Translations under genes and position numbers: made by a program
Assembly (NCBI RefSeq): GCF_006345805.1
Contig: NC_043004.1
Span: 7,874,001 to 7,938,000 of the forward strand
Source of the DNA: Octopus sinensis
Taxonomy: Eukaryota
Length of the DNA stretch: 64,000 nt
Reading direction: 5' to 3'
Notes under the pieces: generated by a model
Told to the model about the DNA's origin: nothing
Database searches by the model: none
Seen by the model: the letters and a program-made list of their open reading frames with translations, nothing else
Shown here: positions 36,106 through 50,648 of the stretch, piece after piece
Position numbering within the stretch: the stretch's first letter is position 1
How the letters are laid out: each line of letters begins with the position of its first letter

Positions 36106-38181
36106 TCAGGTTTGAAAATACTGAAATTGTAAACTATTTGTAGTAAATTGATAGGTAAGATCAGGAAAATAAAAGACAAAAAGAAAGAGACTAAGAGAAA
36201 AGTAATAGTTCAAGGGAAACAACTCATGCAGCAAAAATAAATAATTACATAGTTGTTAACTAAGGGAAGTAACTATTGTATTTACGAATCACACGTGATG
36301 AAACTTGTCGATTTCGATTGATATTCGATTGTCGGTTGAAACAATGATTAAATTGGGAACAAGGAAGCCGTTACGCGGTTCTTCCTCTGCTCGAAATAAC
36401 AGCCAAAATACGGCAATTCAAAACGCATCCCCTTTCTTGCAGATGAGGGAGGAATCTAAATTAAAAAAGAAATTAAAAAATGAAAAAAAAAATTATCATA
36501 AAAACAAAAAAAACAACTTTACGGAAACTGTTTTTGGTGAATTACATTTGAAGAAATTTTTCTTGTTATTTTTATTATTATTCTCCTCTTCTTCTTGTTT
36601 AGGCAGCAAGCTGGCAGATTTGTTACCATGCAGGGTAAAATGCTTAGTGGCATTTTGTCTGTCTTTACGTTCTGAGTTCAAATTTCACCAGGGTTGACTT
36701 TGCCTTTCATTGTTTTGGGGTCAATGAATTAAGGACCAGTGAAACACTGGGGTCAATGTAATTGACTAGCCCCCCCTCCCAATTTCAGGCCTTGTGCCTT
36801 TAGAAGAAAGGATTATTATTATTATTATTCCCCTTGTTTAGGCAGCAAGCTGGCAGAATCGTTTCCATGCCGGACATCACGCTTGGCAGTGTTTCTTCAA
36901 ACTCTCTGTTCGGAGTTTAAATGCTGCCAGGGCTGACTTTGCCCTTCATCCATTCGGGGTCAATAAAATAAGTACCAGTTGAACACCAGGGGTCGATGTA
37001 ATTGACTTAGCCCCTCCCATCAAACTACTGGCCTTCTGCTAAAACTTAGTACTATTATTATTATTATTGATGGCAGAATCGGAGTACTTCACAAGATTCC
37101 TGGTGGCTAGCTAAATCTCTGAATTGAAACCTTGCCAAAGACTTCCTTACCATCCATCTGTCTGGAATCAATAAAATAGGGACCAGTGAAGCACTGGAGG
37201 ATCTGTTAAATTCGTTGGACCCTCTTGCAAATTGTTGGTCCTTGTGGTAAAGTTAGGGATCTTCTTCTTCTTCTTCTTAACTGGTTGATTATCAGAATTG
37301 TTGGACAATTGCTTTGCAGTATTCGTTCTGGCTCTGATTTGGAGTTCAAGTGTTGCTTTGGTAAGCTTTGTGTTATTCTTCTGGAGCTGATAAACTAACA
37401 TACCAGTCATACGCTGGGTTAGATGATATAAATGACAGTTTGCTCCTACCAAATTTCTGGTGGCAGATTGGTAGAATCAACAGAGCAATGGGCCAAATGT
37501 CTTGCAGTTGTTGTTCTGACCTCTTACTTTTCTCCAAGTGTTAACTTTGCCTTTCACCATTCCAGGCTTTTATAATATTATGAAACGGTCGAGTACTGAG
37601 GGCAAGGATTTAATCAATGAACTCCCTTTTCATAAATCTCTAGCCTTGTGCCTGTCTTAGGAACCATTAATAAGGTGGTGAGCTGTCAGAATTGTTATTG
37701 GACAAAATGCTTAGTGGCATTCAAATTCTGTCAAGTTTGATTTTACTTTTAATCCTTTCAGAATTGATGAAATAAGTACCAGTCATGCACTGGGGTCGAT
37801 GTAATTGACTATCCCCCTTCCTGCAAATTTTCAGGCCTTGTACTTATTATAGAAAGGATTATTATGATGGATGCCTTGTGGTATTTAGTTTATATTTTGT
37901 GTCCCCTCCCCAAGGGTCATCTATCACTTTTGTCTCTCTCGAGTCAATAGAAATAAAAATACCAGTTATGTTTTGGGATCAATCTAATTGACCCTGCCCC
38001 CCCAAAACTTTTTGGCTTTCTGCCAATATTAGTTGTTTTATTTTTCTTTTCTTAGGTTGCTTTTTTTGCTGTTACAGAAACATTGATTTTCTCCTTCACT
38101 ATAAGACAATTGTGGTTTTTTTAATAATTTATTTCTGTGTGGGATCTAGATTTCAACAATCTCATTTTTATATGTTAAAGC

Positions 38182-38214
<33 letters not shown>

Positions 38215-41200
38215 ACTTTGTTAATAGCCTTTTCAATTTTCTTGAAAAGTTATGTCATCTCAATGTTTCAATGTATATATGTGTGGCTATGTATGCGCGT
38301 GTGTGTGTGTATGTAATCACATATGTACATATCTATATATATATGTGTGTATGTATGCATTTACAGAGTGTGTGTGTGTGTGTGAACTTAAGCTAAATTT
38401 CTTTCCATGTTTTTTTTCTTCCATAACAATGTGTTTCTTTTTTTTTCTTTTTGTTATGTTATAATAAAATATTTTTATTTCATTCCATGAAAAGCTAACA
38501 GTCCCTTTTATTGTGTGCAAAACTGAATTTCTTCCTTGAAAGGCTAAAAGTTGCCATAAATAAATAAGAAAAATAACTAGAGAAAGTATAAAAAAAATTA
38601 GACAAAAGACTAACAAGAAAAAAGAAATCATTAACGTTTTACTAAAACTATTGATATTCATTGGAATATAGGTTTTATTTTCTTATCTGGTCAGCTTTTG
38701 AAAGATCAGAAGTTGATTGCAAGAAATGTGAAAATCCATCAAGTGAAACTGAGTGGTTCTAATCAGACATGGCAGATTGAAAGAAAAAAATTGAAGAAAT
38801 TTTTGCATTACTCCTTCAACCTGTTTAATTAAAGAATTATTAAAAAGCATAGAAGCATTCTCTAGTTGTTTGTCACCAATATGTTGAGGGAAAACTCGGC
38901 ACTCGTGCACTAAGGTGAGTGAGCATTGATGTTAGACTGCTCTAACGAATGTCTGTTAACGATGTAATACTGACCAAATCTCTTTTCTCATTGTCACAAG
39001 TATTGTTTATTCCTAATTATTTATTTACTCTTTCTCTCTCAAATGTGTCTGAAACGGTACCAATCTATGAACCCTAAAGAAATCTCTGTTCACTAAATTT
39101 ATGATAAACCCTTTAGCATTTCAGATTCCGCTGTCAAATGTAATGTTTATCAGTTCATATTGTTTTGAATTAATCCTGCATTATCTCTTAGCTTTTAGAT
39201 TTCGATGATGTGAGTGTTTATTTTTAGAACGGCATTGTAGGATAGACGTGAGAGGCTGGATCTGGCCAATTTGAACAGGAAAACAAGTGGAATATTTGAG
39301 CCTGGTATGGTCTGTCTAAATGCTGAGCATTGTATTGTGTGAGCATGCACCCATTTACATGTGTGTGTGTGTGCTGAAAGTGAACTGGGCTTTGCTCTAC
39401 TTTCTCAATCTTTAAAGTCTAGGGAGGCCATTTTACCATTGTTCCATCTTTGAGAATACTTGTGAGATATAGCTTGGATAAATTGAAATTATTTCAAAGT
39501 CTTGGTTGACAACAGTTTCTCTTCTTTTAAAAAGAAAAATTCATTCTGTTGAAGCATCTCTGTTTGTATATTGAAGCAAGAATCCCGTTATTCTATAAAT
39601 TATAAGGGGTGGCGTGAACTGAGAGAATGGTTGGAATGCTGGAAACAATAGAGCTTAGCAGCATTCTCTCTGGCTTTCAAACTCTGTGTTCAAATGTTAC
39701 CTTTCATCCCTACCTGCAGTCACTAAAATATGTACCAGTTGAGCATGGGGTGGTGATGTAATCAGATACCCCCTCCCCAGTCCACCCTAATTTCAGGCCT
39801 TGTGCCTCTAGCAGACAATTATTACTATAAATTATAATGGTAGAAGCTTCATTATCAAATATTGTATTGGTAACAATGAGAGTCTGTTTAAATGATAACT
39901 TGAATATTTAACGAGAACAAGTTTTCTAGTCACACCTGTGATAGGTAAATACAGAAAATGAAATAGCAACAGCATTAGATATTGATTGTTATATGATGAG
40001 GCCGGGCATGTTCCTCTTCAGAATATTGGCTTCCATTTTTATGTCTTTGAATTTTATTTTGAGAGAAGAACCAATTCATTGTGTCCAACATTTCACTATC
40101 TTTCTGTCATCTTTCAGCTCATTTTCCATCTTTTTACCTGTCTGTATGATATTTAAAAAAAAAATTAAATTAAAAAGGCCAAAAAAAAAAATGACAGAAG
40201 GCAGCTTTGTTTTGAAAGAAAGCTGTAATTTCTATAACTGGAAGTGGAACAAACATGGATGTGAAGAGGAGGTGGAGGTGGGGAAATGAAAATGTGATAA
40301 AAAATGTTTTCTATGGAATCAGTTTTAATGTGAATTATACCAAGAGATATTTCGGAATATTTCAGAAGGATTGGATTATTTTCTTGGAACCTTAAAAAAA
40401 GATCTTCATTTGGAGGTCTTTGATTTGCCATTCTTTGTCAGAATTTATCACAACTGAATTATAAAACAAGGATAATGAAAAATCATTTTGATTTTATGTT
40501 GAAAAGCGACAAACTTTTGGAGACTGTAAAACCATTTAACCATTCTCGTTTGTGAATTATATTTTGTCAGTTGATGACGTTTGTTATTCCTGTCTAATAT
40601 CAAATCATGTCTGCATTTTTTTGCCATTTTCTGTGTGAAAAGAATCTGTCTATAATTGTTTGTTGATGTAGGTTGGATAGGTCTGCAATGATTAGGATAC
40701 ACTTTAGCAGCTGGGTATCAGGATTTGTGTCATTAACTATATTATGATGTGAGTTTATTTATTTTATTTCTAAAATTTTCATTAATTTCGTGATGAATAA
40801 CACTTTCTACTCAAGCACACAATGCCAGAACTGTGAGAGGGTTTTAGAGAGAAAGAGTCTCCACCCCCTTAATTGCTAATGAAAGGACACCCCTAAAATA
40901 TCTGCTCCATAACATAACAACCAATTCCACTTCAATCAGCATGGAACTATTAACCATTCTTTCTTGTTTCGTTAAGTTCTTATTAATTATGGTTTTTACT
41001 TTTCAATCGGAAGAAGACAAAGAAAAAAAAATGTAGGTTTTGTGGTATTCAATGTGAAATATTGTCTCGTAGTGGTTTTGTTTAACATGTTTAGTTGTAC
41101 ATTTTGTTTGCCTGACTTGAGGGACCACCTTGGCAGAACGACACTTTATTTTGTGACCACAGATTGATAAAATTAAACAAAATCCTCAAGAATTCTGAAT

Positions 41201-43780
41201 ATCTCTGTTCACTGCTGCACTTTTGGGACGGATTTATGATGGCTCAGAATTTATGATTTTTATGAAAATGGAGTGGAGGAAGTCAGCCACACATCATTTT
41301 GGGGGATTGAAGGTTTTCATTTGATTTCATTAATTTCTTTCTTTTATAAATACAAAAAAATTTTTTTTTTGAAATTAGTAAAGCTGAAATGACTTGAACA
41401 AATTTAAAAGAAAAATGTTTTTTTCTAAAAATTATGGAAATATTTATTTCTTTTTTATTTGTGTGAATGGAATAAAGAAAAATAAATATTTTTCTTCAAA
41501 ATGACCTCCTCATTCATCTTGGGATGTCTGAGGTTTATGTAATATTTTGTTTTGATGAATCTGCTATTTGTTCTAATTTAACCACTTCAATAATCTGTAA
41601 TAAAATACCAAAAAAAAAAAAATGGGCAATATGTTAAAATGACATAAAGACAAACAAAATTCTGTTTTCATTTTTTAAATTTTATTTTCAATTTGGAAAT
41701 ATTGAGCATCTTCTTGGCACATATAATTTTGGTTGAGTGAATAACTGTTCTTTTCAGTTGGATGTTTCCTTCCATTGAACAAAAGTCAAGCACGTACACA
41801 CACACACAACAGGAATTTCTGCCTACCAATTTCAATCAAGGCTTCAGTCAGCCTAAGGCTATACCAGAAGACACTTGTCCAAGGTCTACTCAGCCACACT
41901 GTGACACTTTGAGCAATTGGTGTATGGTATTTAATTGTTGCTGCTCAGTCCAGCCTTCTTCTCCATAGCTCTGTCATATTTTCTGCCTTTAGCACGAAGC
42001 TTCACATTTTAGGAATGGTCAAATTCATTCCAGAGTTTTTCACTAATAATTCTGGTCACTAGAATATTCACCATAGAGAGACGAAAAGCAACTTTGTGTT
42101 TGAATTCTAAATGTAAAGACAGGACATGACTAAAATATTTCCAGGCAGTCTTTAATGCACCATTCTCTCATTTCGCTGCCCTTAAAGGCTAGACTAATAA
42201 ACCAAATGAAATGCCAGCATGTTTTGAAGTTCTCTCACTGATGGATGCACCATAAATTTCAGTTTTGACTTCTCATAACTTCATTAATTACGGCAGTTTG
42301 AGCTTTCTTGTTTCAAAATTTATTTAGTAGCTTTTGAACAGAAGTATTTTCATGTAGTAAAGAGTGTTTACCAACATAACAATTCTGTCAAATAATAATA
42401 ATAATAATTATGGAGTCCTGGTTTAGGATGAATTTTGCTGCAATTGTCTCCAGCTGGCTATACGACACAATCTGTGTCCTTATATTTTCGAACAAGGGAA
42501 TCTAGCACCCCAACTCAGCTAAAAATAATATCTGTGTATCATGATTTCTCGGTTATTTCTCTTCATCAGCACAGAATAATTGTTTGGCTAGAGGTGGTGC
42601 TGCCAAATTCCTGTTTGGAATATATAGTTTTCAAAGGGACAACTAGTCACTGATCTATAAATTGCTACAAAGCACTGTTGCTGAATATCTCTTGTTGTGA
42701 TATTAAAAAAAAAAAAAAGAATTATTCCTGTTAAAGTATTCCTTAGAAAGTTAAAGCTTTCTTTGCAAAATATTACCGTTGTTAGTGTTGTTACTGTTTG
42801 TCTTTGGATGGTGGGGTGGGGTGGTCAGGGGCCTTTTTTCATGTCAGATACTCTGCCCGATATGCCCACCTTTATATTTACCTCTTACAACATAACTGGG
42901 TGTATCTTTTTAAAAATAAAATTATAAAACCACACAACAAAAAGCAACTTGTTCCTTGCCCATCTTTTGCATCACACCGACACCCCGTGATGCTGAAAAC
43001 AATTTTGATAACACAGAAATCAGGTCTTGGTTAGGACAATGTATAACCAACAGAACTATAGTCCATGGCACCAATGGAATGGAAAATCAAGTTGACATCA
43101 GTTAAAACACAATTGTTATGTTATAGCTTTTAACGAAGAAGAGTAGCATCATTGATCCCTTTTCAGGGCTTTGGAGAGTCCTGGGGTGAAAGTCACGATG
43201 TATAGTTTGACCTCAGACTAATTCAACAGTGTGCACTCAACTCTGGCAATAATATTTGAAGGTCAGGGGTCAAGGATTGGGGTTAAATCTGAGAGAAGAG
43301 TTTAGTGTTCCATCCAATCACAAATATAGTCCGTTCGAAAGATTTCCGCTCCATCTCTGGGAATTTCATTTGAAATCAAGTTGATCTTAAAGCACTACAT
43401 TGAACTCCATCGAGAATTGGTAAGGAAGTCGGGCTACTCAACAGAATCATTCTAAAACTTATTTCATCAACTCTGAGCCGTTATGGTACAGTGCAAAACT
43501 TCTTAACACTCGCCATTTTGTTCCAGTGCAGTCCAGGCTTCAAACTAAAAGTCAAAAGAAATAGATAAAGAAAGCAACAAATAAATAAAAACAGTCAACT
43601 GTTTCTAGTCGTGTTTTTAGTATTGGTGATGTGGAGGGTGGCGTTGGATTTGAAATGGAGACCAATGTAAATGAATTCGCTGCCAGGCGAGATACTGGTG
43701 GGTTATGTCCCTTCAGAGGAAACATGTACTTTCAGAGTTGTTACCCTTACACTCACCATTTAGTCTATTATTACCCATAA

Positions 43781-44004
43781 CCTATTTCTTTACTACCCAA
43801 AGGGGCTGAACATAGAGAGGACAGACAAACGGATTAAGTCGATTATATCGACCCTAGTGCGTAACTGGTCCTTAATTTATCGACCCCCCAAAGGATGAAA
43901 GGCAAAGTCGACCGCGGCGGAATTTGAACCCGGAACGTAACGGCAGACGAAATACCGCTGAGCATTTCGCCCGGCGTGCTAACGTTTCTGCCAGCTCGCC
44001 GCCT
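43781..44004 (-). mobile_element. Full-length SINE family 2 copy in unit B
   Basis: Complete element from ccttg (5-prime end) to cctatttctttactacc (3-prime end). Only the two termini remain in unit A (28495-28516). Confidence 0.85.
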
Positions 44005-45205
44005 TGTTATTATTTTTGGCCTCGTCTACTATTCCTACACATATACACAAGCATACACATCTAGTACTGCAGATGTTTAAATTATAAATGTCACAATTTC
44101 TTGGGGGTTTATAAGTCATTTCTGATTTAGCTCTTGTATCAGAAGAATTTGGGAAAGCATGAGACAGACAGAAAACGTTTGGAGAGTAAAGCGAAGACAC
44201 CTGTATCACAGTCTATAAGAATTGGTCAGTAATTAATCTGACCAAATCTTGTGAAATGTTATTGGCCACGTGGCGAAATATTTTGATACCTGATAACATA
44301 AACTATTAGAAATATATATAAAAGTGAATACAGCAATGATAGCGAGATTTTAACAGCTACAAATATTCTGCAGCAGAAAAAAAAGTTACATATGTTTAAA
44401 CAGATTTTTATCTGATTACAAATCTTTAATTCATATCTGAGTTAAGACAGCACGCGGCACAATTTTGAATCAACAAAATTCATTTTACGTGTACTTTAAA
44501 TTTCCGAAAGTAGAGACAACATCAACTGTACTATATCGATTACTCTAAACATTCACTTGTTTATATTTCTATTTACTTAAAAATAACTGAAAATTAATTC
44601 GCGCTTATCACCTTGATACTTGTATAATAACGAAGACTTATGAATAAAGAATAGAAATTAATGAAATAAATAAGGGAAAAAAGATTTTGAAATTTAAAAA
44701 AAATTATTTATTCTATAATACAAAAGTTTATGACAAATTAAAAGTAATGAAATGTTAGTTGTAAATCTGAATGGTTAAAAATAAAAGTAAAAAACTCACG
44801 ATTTATATGGAAATAATTAGCAAATTAAGAGTCGTATAAAAATTGATGAAATATAATAAAAATGAATGAGACGTCGATTGAGATGATATAGTGTTTGTAT
44901 GTAGAGGAATGTGAGTGTAGAACATTGAGAATTAAAGAGAAATGTTTCCATGTTCAACTGTGTAAAGTTAATATGAATAAAATACATGTGAACTGTCGCA
45001 ATAAAGAACGGTGAGAAATTGATGTCTATTTACATTTTATATACATTAAAACACACCTGAATGTAGCAGCAGGTTGTGTTACATATGCACAGCCATAGAG
45101 AATAAGTTCAATTCTTACTTTACTATGTAGGAAAGAGTATGGACTTCGCTCACTATTATCATTTGTTAGGTTTTCTGTGTAATTTCTATAGAGTGTAGAA
45201 ATATG

Positions 45206-46123
45206 TTAGTCAGTTTTCAGCGCGTTGTCCGTGTTACTTGGCGACACGGATTTGTTTAAAAAGGGAAACTGTTTCTTGAAATTTGTGTCTGTGTTGTGAA
45301 GTACCTCAAGGAAATCAACCACTAATTCATCCAATAATTGTTCATTGAGAGAAGTGTCCATATAAAAATGCCATGGATTTTGTTGGGAAGACAACGGAAT
45401 CTTCCAGTTACCCCATTCAATAAACAAATGTATACATATAGATGCGATAGTTTTTGCTGTATATTTGAGAGAGAACTTCGTTAAAATCAGACAGCATGTA
45501 GCAAACTGGTTAATTATTTTCACTAATTTATCTTCGAGTTTGATTATGTTACATACTTTGATAATATGAGATTGGGGTAGAGTAATACGAAAATCGAAGT
45601 TTAAACAAACTAAAAGGGCTTCTTCATAAAGGAAAAAGTCATTGGCTATCCGATTAATGGTAGTTTTGTTTTTTTCTAAATGTAGATATTGTTGGAAATA
45701 TGTTTGACTTTCGACAATCACTTGCTCAACAGCAAGCAATTTATCATCGAATTTAGCAGCGAAAAACAAACACACGGGTCCCATGAGTTTATAACTAAAC
45801 TGGTGGAAGGAGTTATACATATAGAATCGGTGCATATAAACTACGGCAATGTTTAGTATATATTCGCTTAACATCAATCGTCGGTTAATGTATAACATAA
45901 ACATACCTGTTTTCTGACGATAAAGTAATTCGTTTTCATAGGTAAAGTTATCATGTTGATATTTTCGCTTGAAAATCTCAACAATTTGTTCTTCGCTGAA
46001 AATCCAGTCTGTTTTTCGTGGCGCATTTCCATTGGAGCTTTCAGGTAAATCATTCATCGGAGTTTCATTAGTTTGTTGATTATCAACAATTTCCACCTGT
46101 AAGGAATTCTCAGTATTCGCCAT
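45206..46123 (-). CDS. CCNT: Cyclin T-like protein, copy B: intronless, 305 aa
   Basis: 918-bp open frame. Differs from copy A at 10 sites by my count (6 nonsynonymous: A13V, P57H, Q81R, K161N, G198D, D281N; 4 synonymous). Confidence 0.93.
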   Translation of the reverse strand: MANTENSLQVEIVDNQQTNETPMNDLPESSNGNAPRKTDWIFSEEQIVEIFKRKYQHDNFTYENELLYRQKTGMFMLYINRRLMLSEYILNIAVVYMHRFYMYNSFHQFSYKLMGPVCLFFAAKFDDKLLAVEQVIVESQTYFQQYLHLEKNKTTINRIANDFFLYEEALLVCLNFDFRITLPQSHIIKVCNIIKLEDKLVKIINQFATCCLILTKFSLKYTAKTIASICIHLFIEWGNWKIPLSSQQNPWHFYMDTSLNEQLLDELVVDFLEVLHNTDTNFKKQFPFLNKSVSPSNTDNALKTD

Positions 46124-48706
46124 TTGATCTATGTAAAAATAAATCTCGTTCTTTATCTCTTTTTCAGTTAATCGATAAAGTTTCGGCTGTTTGGAGAGTT
46201 CGGTTGGAAAAATTGCTTTCGTGGTCAGTGGGTATTGGCGAAGCGGAAGCAGCGGGAGCAAAAACTTGACTGTCCCCTGTCACGGACCCTCTTTCTTATA
46301 TATACCCCAACAGGTGTCGCCTGCCGAAAGGGGTGAGCGGAAGTGGATCCCGGGAATCTAGCCTAATTAAAGGTGCGTCATAAACGCCGATGGAGTGTAA
46401 ACTCACCTTTAAGTAAAATAGCCTTTTAATTGAATTCATAGAAGATAGAAATTTATAAATTGAAGTTCACCACATCTGTATTAGCAAAAGTAGAACAGAT
46501 TTATAAAATATTTAAAAATTATACTTTCATTAATTTGTTATATTTGTATTTTAACATGTATATTAAACCTTTTTCTGAATATCGACAATTAACTGCTAAA
46601 ATTTTTTATTTAAACGTTTAACATTACTTTGTCACGCATAACATATGGGGATTTGCCGTTTAAGTATAAAAATAAAAATAACTTAAAATATATCTGCTTC
46701 GTATTTTGCTTCATACAAACAAAAATACATATCGTTGAAATCTGTTTGCTTTTCCAACATAAATAAACAACAATAAAAAAGATGTTTATGTAAACGACTT
46801 AACCACGACGTTGCACACAAACACACAGAGAAATACCCACAGCTACGCATGTGATGAATCGTTTTTAATGAAAACCACTTTTATTGTGAAAAAGAACCAG
46901 GAGAACTTATAAAAATGCATCTTTTCTGTGTGATTCACAGTTACTGATATTTTTAAATTGTCTGAAAATTTTCAAACTTGGTATATTAATGAATTTTCTC
47001 ACACTGAATTTGGTGTTGTTATTCAATTGTTGCAGAAAAATTTGAGAAGCATGTTATAGAGGCTTAAAGGTTGATTATTTTCATCGAATAATGAAGTAGG
47101 ATTTGAAAAGCCGATAGCAACACGACAACGTTAGACAAAACATTACGACGACGTCGACAGAAGTTTTAATAAGTTTTACTTTTGAATATAATCTCTACAG
47201 ATTTATGTGAGACCGTCTCCCTACGTGTCATTAATAAATTTTAATGAATGAAATCATGCGAAATGTTGTAAGAGGCATGTAAAGAATATAAAAAGGCCAA
47301 ATGGTGAGTGAGGTGGCGACAGGACAACAACACACGTGTAAAGTAGATCTGCTTGGAAAGCAGACACTACCTCGACTTGTTACCATGGAAACTGGCACCG
47401 ATGTGTTTGTGGTTTTCGATTGGCTAAAATTACTCAAAATTTACAAATTTTAAATGCTATTAACATTATATTTATTTTTTTTATGGCGAAAAGGAATTTC
47501 GTTTCTATAATTAGCATAGAAAACGTACATCAATACTCAGAAATTGCAATGAATTGGACGAAAATTAAACGAAATGAAATTTGTGAGTGAAAAGATCCAT
47601 AAAAAGTATGTTGCAAATGGAAACTGCATTATCGAATGTGTCGTTGCGAAGCGTCAGGATACTCTGATGTAGTTGTTGAATGGCCAAAGGCTTTCCAGGT
47701 ACGACGACCTAGCAGAATGCAGCCGGGAGTGGACTATACAATGTCTGGTTTTATTTGTAAGACGGGAGGCTTTGAGCTGCTGAGGGACGATTGGCTATTG
47801 CCTATTTAGATGACAATGGAAATTTAGACGAAATATTGTGTGATGTCTGACTGGTCTTGTTTGGTTTTCTATTTCTTATGTGTAGAAAATAGCACATAAG
47901 GCTCAATCGAGGGCGATTGTCTTGTGATGTCCACGAAGGGCTATTATTGCATTCTGTTGCTCTAATTAATATTAATGATAATTTCTAGTAAAACAGTCTA
48001 CTATTTATGCTTCTCAGCATTACAAGGATGAACGGCAAATATGGGCCTTGACGTATTTGAACGCAGAACATAACTATATGGCAGCGTCAGTTTCGCTTGA
48101 TACTCTTTCGATTGTTCATTTGGAGTAGAAAGCCCTGTAGTGCTCTTACGAAAGTTTGTCTCTTATGGACAGTAAAGATTGTTATGAGGGTTCTAAGCAC
48201 TTGGAAGATTGGTGAAAACTTGTGTATCCCTAAGGTTAGAGGTAGTAACCCGCTAACCACATAATTCCTGTCAGGAATATGACCGAACGTGAGCCAAAAC
48301 CAAAATGATAATTACAATAATAATCCTTTCCTCAATAGGTACTAGGCCAGAAATTATTGGAGAGGGGGGGGGGCATTCGATTACATCGACCCCAGTGTGT
48401 AACTAGTACTTCATCGACTCCGAAAGGATGAACGGCAAAGTCGACCTCAGGGGAATTTGAACTGAGAACGTAGCGGCAGACGAAATACCTATTTCTTTAC
48501 TACCCACAAGAGACTAAACACAGAGGGGACAAACAAGGACAGACAAACGGATTAAGTCGATTACATCGACCCCAGTGCGTAACTGGTCCTTAATTTATCG
48601 ACGCCGAAAGGATGAAAGGTAAAGTCGACCTCGGCGGAATTTGAACTCAGAACGTAACGGCAGACGAAATACCGCTATGCACTTAGTCCGGCATATTAAA
48701 GATTCT

Positions 48707-48749
<43 letters not shown>

Positions 48750-49687
48750 GGAAAAACTTGGTTAATCGCATTGTACTTACGTAAGCCGTCGTGCTGGAAG
48801 CATCGTTAGCACGTCGGACAAAATGTTGAATGGCCTTATATTCCGGCACATTATCTTCTGAGCTGAATGTCCCGTCGGGTCAGCTTTGGTTTTTACCTTT
48901 TTGTGATGAATAAAATACCAGAGAATTGCTTTCCAATGGTGTAGTCGCTTTGTCCCTGTCTCCTCAAAATCGCTGCTGGCCCTCAACCCTGTCATGAACC
49001 GGTGACTCGTTAAGGGCAAATGTTGTGATCTTATTTGCCAAGGTAAACGACTTGGTGGCTTCTAGGTCTGAATCAGAAAATATGAATTACATTCAGCACA
49101 TTTTTCTATCATCATGTGTTTTCAACTCACCAACTCTCGTTACTTTTAGTATTAATAATAACATGTAACTTTTAGTCATGTTTCCATTGTAAACACGCCT
49201 CAAGTTGTAAAGAAATTTGGGAAAAAAGTATTATTTTTCTGTAATCCTGAAGCATAAAATTTAAAATGAAATTCAGTGATAATTGAAATTATCGAGGAAA
49301 ATTACACAACTTGAAGTCATCCTCCATCTGTGACACACAGACACACACACACAAGCAGAGGTACACGATGCGATTCTGTGAGTTAACGTGCGTGTGTAAC
49401 CAGGGAGTGACGAAAGGGAAATAACTCATGCAGATGGTGACGTATCTTTCATTCGTTACCTGCCCTTCGCTGTTTATTTGGTCGTATTTTATCTTATTTT
49501 AAGAAAAAAAGTAATTAAAATAAAGGTTTCAAAACATACTTTAGAATTGTAGACTTTCTTTAAAAATGTGTTTTTTGAAATAAAGAAATCGCGTCACGTA
49601 ATTCCACACCATTTTACGCCAATCTATAAAATGCTTATTTGTGTACCATGCAATGTTGTTTAGAGTGATCTGTCTTGGATGCTCCTC

Positions 49688-50091
49688 GGTGTGTATGTAT
49701 GTATGTGTGTGTATATATGTATGCATGTGTGTGTGTGTATGTGTGGTGTATGTGCATGTCTGTAGGTATGTATGTATATGTGTGTGTATGTGTGGTGTAT
49801 GTGCATGTCTGTATGTATGTGTGTATTTATGTATGTGTTTATGTATGTGTGTATGTATGTGTGTATGTATTTATGTATGTATGTACGTATGTATGTGTGT
49901 TTGTATGTATGTATGTGTGTGTTCGTGTGTTTGTATTTATGTATGTGTGTGTGTATGAATGTATGTATGTATGTATGATTGTATGTATGTGTGTATGCGT
50001 GTGTTTCTATGTATGTATGTGTGTGCGTGTGTTTGTATGTATATATATATATATGTGTGCGTGTGTTTGTATGTATGTACGCATGTATGTA

Positions 50092-50124
<33 letters not shown>

Positions 50125-50648
50125 GTGTGCAGGTGCGGTGTATGTGCATGTCTGTATGTATGTGTATGTATGTATGTGTGTGTGCGTGTGTTTGTATGCA
50201 TGTATGTATGTATGTGTGTGCGTGTGTTTTTTATGTATATATATATGTGTGTGTGTGCTTGTATGTACGCAGGTATGTATGTATGTGTGTGTATGTGCAT
50301 GTCTGTATGTATGTGTGTGTATGTATGCATATATGTGTGTATGTGTAGATATGTATTTATATGTATGTGTGTATTTATGTATTTGTACGTGCGTGTGTTT
50401 GTATGTATGTATGTGTGTGTGTGTGTGCGTGTGTTTGTATGTAAGTATATATGTGTGTGTGCGTGTGTTTGTATGTAGGTATGCATGTATGTGTGTGTGT
50501 ATGTATGTTTATGTGTGTGTATGTGCATGTCTGTATATATGTGTGTATGTATGTATGTGTGTGTGTATGTATGTATATATATATATGTATGTATATATGT
50601 GTGGGTATGTATGTATGTATGTATATGTGTATGTATGTATATGTATGT
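49688..50648. repeat. Compound TG/TATG microsatellite, unit B (a second block at ~51016-51520)
   Basis: Direct reading. Confidence 0.96.

Larger units (their letters stand above)
21065..36435 (+). repeat. Segmental duplication unit A (~15.4 kb)
   Basis: Sequence from cttgcagatgaggg at 21065 recurs at 36436 (offset ~15,371) and stays colinear to the TG/TATG microsatellite. The tail ~35170-36435 is found only in A. Confidence 0.92.
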
